DNA of 64,000 nucleotides, taken from the NCBI GenBank assembly GCA_963798085.1, contig CAWCRS010000010.1:96001-160000 (forward strand). Reading direction: 5' to 3'. Origin of the DNA: an uncultured Gemmatimonadales bacterium. Lineage in GTDB: Bacteria; Gemmatimonadota; Gemmatimonadetes; Longimicrobiales; RSA9. This document shows positions 58,844 to 64,000 of the stretch, piece by piece (within the stretch, counting starts at the first letter, position 1; every line of letters begins with the position of its first letter). The position numbers and the translations under genes were made by a program. The notes below the pieces were generated by a model. The model saw nothing but the letters and a program-made list of their open reading frames with translations. It had not been told where the DNA came from and ran no database searches.

Positions 58844-59601
58844 AACGACTGGCTCTGCTGCCACTCGCGTTCGCTGCGTTGCGGCGCCGGCTGCTCGTGC
58901 TGCTCGCCTTCGGTGCGGTGATGCTGGCGGCCGCGTTCGCCGCGCGCGCCCTGACCGGCAGCGGCGAGCACGCCGAGATGGACCGCTTCTTCGAGCTGGG
59001 CGGCGCCACACTGGCGTCCGCCTTCATCGTGTTCGGCTGGCTCATCGGCCGCATCCCGCTCATCGCCACACTCGTGCTGCTGTCCGGCGTCTTCAGCCAG
59101 GACCGCGCCATCGGCCTGACACGACTTTACGGTGCGCGACCCGTGTCGCCCGTGTCCGTGTACGGCACACGCGTAGCCGGACTCGCTCTCGCCGCGTTCC
59201 TGCTCAGTGCGCTGTTGCTGCCGCTCTTCGATCTGATCCTGCTCGGCCACTGGGGCGGCCTGGCGACACTCGTCCTGGCCGCTGCTTACGTGCTGACCTA
59301 CAGCGCCCTCACCGCGCTGCTCTCCCTGTTCACACGCGCCGACGCCTGGCTGGCACTGCTGCTCGGCATCCTGGCCACCACGTGGCACGCCCTGCGCACC
59401 GCCGGCCGCCTGGATGGTGTGCCTCCCGGCGGCCGCGAATTCGTCACCCTCATCCTGCCGCCGCACGGCTCCCTGCTCGCGCTGGAGAACGCCTTCGGCA
59501 ACGTACAGCCCATCCCGTGGTCCGCGTTCGGGTACGTGTGCGTCTATGCGGCGGTCCTGCTCATCGCGGGCGGGATCCTGGTCGGCGCCCGCGACCTCTG
59601 A
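58840..59601 (+). CDS. ABC-2-type permease-like membrane protein
   Basis: GTG start overlapping the ATPase stop; ~6 TM helices; ends in ARDL. Confidence 0.8.
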   Translation: MKRLALLPLAFAALRRRLLVLLAFGAVMLAAAFAARALTGSGEHAEMDRFFELGGATLASAFIVFGWLIGRIPLIATLVLLSGVFSQDRAIGLTRLYGARPVSPVSVYGTRVAGLALAAFLLSALLLPLFDLILLGHWGGLATLVLAAAYVLTYSALTALLSLFTRADAWLALLLGILATTWHALRTAGRLDGVPPGGREFVTLILPPHGSLLALENAFGNVQPIPWSAFGYVCVYAAVLLIAGGILVGARDL

Positions 59602-59704
59602 GGTGGGAGGCAGGCGGAGGGAGGGAATCCCGTGGACGGTGCTGGTGCCGCCCATCCCGGCACGTTGTCTGGCGTGCCTCCGCTCATTGGTGGGTTCCTG
59701 CAAA

Positions 59705-60086
59705 CGGATTGTCTCACACGGAGGGCACAGACTAACGGATCATTATCACACAGAGGTCGAACGGAGGGCACGGGGGCAGACAGAGGACGGATTGTTGCGC
59801 CCTGGGGTTGGGGGGCGCCCGAGTCAGTGCGGGGTAGGCGACTCTGCAGGCCCCCAACTGACACCTCGCATGAGCCGATCCGTCCTCTGTCTGCCCCCGT
59901 GGCCCCCGTTCACCTCTGTGTGATAATGATCTGTTATGATTCGATGCTCCGGCCAGCTCGGTGCTTCCCGCGCTGTGCATGGGTCAGGCCGTGACGCCGC
60001 GGAAACGCCCTGACCCCGATCGCTCTCTTCATCCCGATGCCCATCCGTCCTCGGATCCCCTGTGGCCTCTGTGTGAGAACAATCCG
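59705..60086. repeat. nested inverted repeats (REP/MITE-like element)
   Basis: Outer arms 59705-59730 and 60060-60086; inner ~60-bp arms 59733-59792 and 59878-59936. Confidence 0.8.
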
Positions 60087-60257
60087 GCAATCCGTAATCT
60101 GTTGCACGCGGCTGTCCTGACGTGTGGGAATGCGTGGGCACACGGCGAGTCGGCTGGCGTGGCACGCCAGAGGCCCGCAGAGCCGTGACCCGTCGACCGG
60201 GTCCTCGTTGAACCTCCTCGCCGGAATCGGGCCCCTCGCTCCCTCGGACTCCCGGAC

Positions 60258-61315
60258 TCACGCGCGCAGCGCGTTGAGCAGCGCAGGCGCCACGCCGGTG
60301 ATTGCGGACAGGCTGCGGAAGTCGAGATGGCCTCGGCCGACGATCAGGCCGAGGGCTGGATTGAGGGTGTGGCCGGTGGACGCGTCCTCGAGGTTGCCGT
60401 GATCGCTGGCCACGAAGAGGAGCACGTCGTCATCCAGCATTTCTGTCAGGCCGCCGAGGAACTCGTCCACCAGGCGCAGGGCGGCGCTGGCGGCGGGCAG
60501 CGATTTGCGGTGGCCGGCGTAGTCGGTCGAGTAGTGCGCGAACAGTGTGAGGTCGTGATTGCCCGCGATGCGGGCGAGGTTGCGGCCGGCGGTGCGCGCA
60601 TCGATGAGGGGCACTTCGCTGTGACCGAGGCCGTCGCGCCAGCCTTCGTTGGTGATCTCGCTGGCAACCGCATCGCCGCGTGCCAGCGCATTGGCGTGGC
60701 GCACCAGAAGTCCGGCTCCGGCGGCGGCCAGCGGCGGCCCGGCGTTGCGGAAGCGCGTCTCCCAGCGCGAGCGCTTCGACGTGCGGCTGGCCGCGACGCG
60801 CGGCGCCCCTGAAGCGGCTTCACCGGCATCGCCATCGCGTGCAGCGTCGGATTCGCTCGGTGCAATGTGCCGTGCACTGTGCGCGCTGCGCTGGCTTCCG
60901 GCGCCCGGGTCGCCGGGGCCGGGCCGCCTTCACCGTCGAACGGATAGGCGTTGGCGAACGCGACGCGCAGGCCGGCGCGTTGCGCGATGGCGAGCAGACT
61001 TTCCCGTCGCACGAGCGGCTGCAGCGGCGCCGGTACCCAGGGACCGAAGTGTCGCCCGAAATCCCGTACCGCATTATGGCCGGTGAGCAGTGCCGCCTGG
61101 CCGGTGCCGCTCTGCGGTGTACCCTCGACGCCCAGGCGAGCGTCCAGTCCCAGCAGCGTGGCGCGCGCGGCATGGATGGGCGCACGGTCGAGGACGAGCG
61201 GCTGGCCGTCCAGCAGATCCGAGAGGAAACGTGGCGGTGTCGCGACGAACGCGTTCTTCCTCGCATCCGCCTCACCGAGGCCCACCCCATCCAGGAACAC
61301 CAGCAACGCCCGCAC
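60258..61315 (-). CDS. alkaline phosphatase superfamily metalloenzyme (2,3-BPG-independent mutase-like); frameshift near 60790
   Basis: VFLDGVGLG, GTPQSGTGQ, FANAY, TDYAGH, ASDHGNLED, GHTLNP split across two frames. Confidence 0.85.
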
Positions 61316-61478
61316 TCTGCTCCCGCCTCGCGACCGCAAACTCTGCTCGTGTAGCAGGTCGCGGAGCGCGCGGACCTGCCGCCAACTGTGACAGGGTCAC
61401 GCGCCGGCGGGACGCTGGCAAGGGCAGGGCGGCGGGAGCGGGAGCTGGCGCGCTGCGCAGTGCGCTGCCTGCGCGCGT

Positions 61479-64000
61479 TCAGTCGATGCGCAGCGCCTCG
61501 CCTGGTGGAATGCGCGTGGCGCGCCAGCCTGGCACCAGACACGCCGTCACACCCACGAGCGCCAGCACCACGGTCACCGCGGTGAACGTCAACGAGTCCG
61601 AGGGCCGGAGGCCGTAGAGCAGCGAGCCCAGCACGCGCGAAACCAGGAGCGCCGCGACCAGGCCGGCGGCCAGGCCCAGCAGCAGCACGCCCATGCCTTC
61701 GCGCAGCACCAGGCGCAGGATGCCGGGGCGGCCGGCGCCCAGCGCCAGACGCACGCCGAACTCATGGGTGCGCCGTAACACACTGTTGGCGACGACACCG
61801 TAGATGCCCATGGTGGCCAGTACCAGTGCGCCCAGCGCGAAACCCAGCAGCAGCACCAGGCTGAGCCGGTGCTGGCCCAGCGAGGTGCGCACCACGTCCG
61901 TCATGGGATGCGCATCGGCCAGTGGAATGCCCGCGTCGAGTTCGCGCAGCGCAGCCCTGGCATCCGCCAGCAGCGCACGCGGATCGCCCTGCGTGCGCAA
62001 GGCGAACGTCATGGCCGGCATGGGCTGCTGGCCCAGCGGCATGTATACCTGGCCCAGATCGTCGGCAAACACGTTGTAGAAGCGGGCCTGGCGCACCACG
62101 CCCACGACGGTCAGGGTGTCGCGATTCAGCACCATGCGCTGACCGGCGGCGGGCGAGGCCGGATAGAAGCGGCGCGCCAGTGTTTCATCGATGACGGCCA
62201 CGGGCGGGCTGCCCGCCACATCGCGTGCCTCGATGAAGCGACCCTCGACCAGTCGCATGCCCATCGCCTTCTGATAATCTTCTGTTACCGAGAAATAGTC
62301 GATCAGCGGATAATCCGCATCGCGGTCGCCGGTATTGCCGGGCGCAGCCGGGAAGCTCACCGCCGTCTGGTTCGTGGTGGAGGCGAGCGGCAGCGCATTG
62401 ATGGCGCCCGCCTGCTGCACGCCGGGCAGGGTGGCGAGCCGCGCGCGCAGTCGCTCGTCGAAGGCGACCGCGCTGGCGCCATCCGGATAGTGGTCGGGCT
62501 CGAGCGGAACGCGGAACGTCAGCACGCCACTCGCCTGGAACCCGGGATCCACGTGCAGCAGTGTCACCAGGCTGCGGCCCAGCAGGGCGGCGCCCACCAG
62601 CAGCACCAGCGACAGCGCCACCTGCACCACGACGAGCAAGGCCCGCGTGCGCACCGCCGCGGCCGTGCCGCCCGTGCGCGCGCCCGTCTCGCGCAGGACG
62701 GACCACACCGGCCGGCCCGCCACGCGCCACGCCGGCGCCAGGGCCGCGACCACGCCCATGAGCAAACACGCTGTCAGTGTGATGGCGATGACGCCACCGT
62801 CGACATCGATGGCCTCGATGCGCGGCAATGAAGTCGGCGCCAGCGCCAGCAGCGAACGCACGGCCCAGGGCGAGGCCGCGAGACCGAGGAGGCTGCCCGC
62901 GCCGCACACAATGACGCCCTCCGCAACCAGATCGAGCACCGACGTGAAGCGGCCGGCGCCCAATGCGCCGCGCACGGCAACATCGCGCGCACGGTCCGCC
63001 GCCCGCCCGACCAGCAGTGTGGCCAGGTTCGCGGCCAGCGCCAGCAGCAGGAACAGGCCGGCGCCGAAAAGCGCGCCCAGAGCGGGCCGCACGCCGTGCA
63101 CCAGGTCCTCGCGCAGCTGAATACTCCACAGACGCAATCCCCGGTGCGCGAAAAACTCCGCGTCCAGCTGCTGCGCCACGGCATCGATGACCGCTTCGAC
63201 GCGACCCTCCGCGCCCGGCCGGATCCTTGCCATGGCGGCGAACATGCCGGCTCTGGGCGAGCGCGTCGCCAGGTCCGTCTGCAGCGTGGCGTAAAGATCG
63301 GCGGGCTGCGGGTCGCCCTGACTGGCGTGCATCTCGAAGCGGAACCCGCGCGGCATGACGCCGATCACGCGCTGCGGCTCGCCGCTCAGCAGCACATCCC
63401 GGCCGACAATGCCCGGGTCGCCGCCGAACCGGCGCTGCCACAACGCGTAGCTGAGTACCACGACGGGCGCGGCAGTCGTGTCCGACTCGCCCGCCGCGAA
63501 GCCCCGGCCGAGGAGCGGCCGCACGCCCAGCACGGAGAAGAAGTTGTCGGTCGCCATGATGAGCGAGATCTGCTCGGGCGCGCCGCCACGCGTGTCGTTC
63601 AGATTGCTCTCGCCGGAGCGGAAGGCGACGATGCCATCGAACACTTCGCTGTGCTCACGCAGCCGCGCGATATCCGGCCCCCCCAGCCAGCCTCGCCCGA
63701 AATGGAACCACGTGTAATTGCGCCAGATCCACACCAGGCGGCCCGGATCGCGGTAGGGCAGCGGCTCCAGCAGTACGCCGCGCACCACGCTCAGCACGGA
63801 GGCAAAGGCGAGTGCGCCGAAACCCACCGACAGCACCGTGACCAGTGCGAACGTCGGCGTGCGCAGCAGACGGCGTGCCACCATGGCGGAAGGCGCGACC
63901 CAGCCGGGCCAGCAGCGCCGCCGTCCGCCGGCGTACACTAACATGCTGTTTGGAGCGCCCGCCGGCACGCTCCAGCAGCCCGCTGCCCAGCGCCTCGAGC
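61479..64000 (-). CDS. ADOP-type duplicated ABC permease, 5' end beyond window or frameshifted
   Basis: RRLLRTPTFA, PLPYRDPGRLV, RARDVAVRGALGA, RRTHEFGVRLALGA, WRATRIPPGEALR. Confidence 0.9.
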   Translation of the reverse strand, partial: SRRWAAGCWSVPAGAPNSMLVYAGGRRRCWPGWVAPSAMVARRLLRTPTFALVTVLSVGFGALAFASVLSVVRGVLLEPLPYRDPGRLVWIWRNYTWFHFGRGWLGGPDIARLREHSEVFDGIVAFRSGESNLNDTRGGAPEQISLIMATDNFFSVLGVRPLLGRGFAAGESDTTAAPVVVLSYALWQRRFGGDPGIVGRDVLLSGEPQRVIGVMPRGFRFEMHASQGDPQPADLYATLQTDLATRSPRAGMFAAMARIRPGAEGRVEAVIDAVAQQLDAEFFAHRGLRLWSIQLREDLVHGVRPALGALFGAGLFLLLALAANLATLLVGRAADRARDVAVRGALGAGRFTSVLDLVAEGVIVCGAGSLLGLAASPWAVRSLLALAPTSLPRIEAIDVDGGVIAITLTACLLMGVVAALAPAWRVAGRPVWSVLRETGARTGGTAAAVRTRALLVVVQVALSLVLLVGAALLGRSLVTLLHVDPGFQASGVLTFRVPLEPDHYPDGASAVAFDERLRARLATLPGVQQAGAINALPLASTTNQTAVSFPAAPGNTGDRDADYPLIDYFSVTEDYQKAMGMRLVEGRFIEARDVAGSPPVAVIDETLARRFYPASPAAGQRMVLNRDTLTVVGVVRQARFYNVFADDLGQVYMPLGQQPMPAMTFALRTQGDPRALLADARAALRELDAGIPLADAHPMTDVVRTSLGQHRLSLVLLLGFALGALVLATMGIYGVVANSVLRRTHEFGVRLALGAGRPGILRLVLREGMGVLLLGLAAGLVAALLVSRVLGSLLYGLRPSDSLTFTAVTVVLALVGVTACLVPGWRATRIPPGEALRID

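Overview
High-GC (by eye ~68-70%) bacterial genomic DNA. The gene content (PadR + ADOP-type duplicated permeases, carboxypeptidase-regulatory-domain proteins, VPS10/BNR hydrolase) suggests a Gemmatimonadota-like organism; this is inference. About 48 protein genes; no rRNA, tRNA, CRISPR array or intact transposase was seen. At least ten small frameshifts break otherwise intact genes, most simply explained as long-read consensus errors. Highlights: (1) a tightly coupled 7-gene cluster (7416-15506) with four multiheme c-type cytochromes (42 CxxCH + 2 CX4CH motifs), a probable outer-membrane beta-barrel and a Rieske/cytochrome b complex, i.e. a candidate quinol-to-cell-surface electron conduit; (2) an exported peroxiredoxin-like gene with an in-frame TGA at the peroxidatic position and a SECIS-like hairpin (predicted selenoprotein, 39382-39981), near ccdA/tlpA; (3) a RAPP-motif leader ORF plus an RBS-sequestering hairpin upstream of a czcCBA-type efflux operon; (4) luciferase-less luxE/luxC at the end of an NtrY/NtrX-like-DUF4390-OMP operon; (5) nested inverted repeats and a dispersed REP-like repeat in intergenic DNA.
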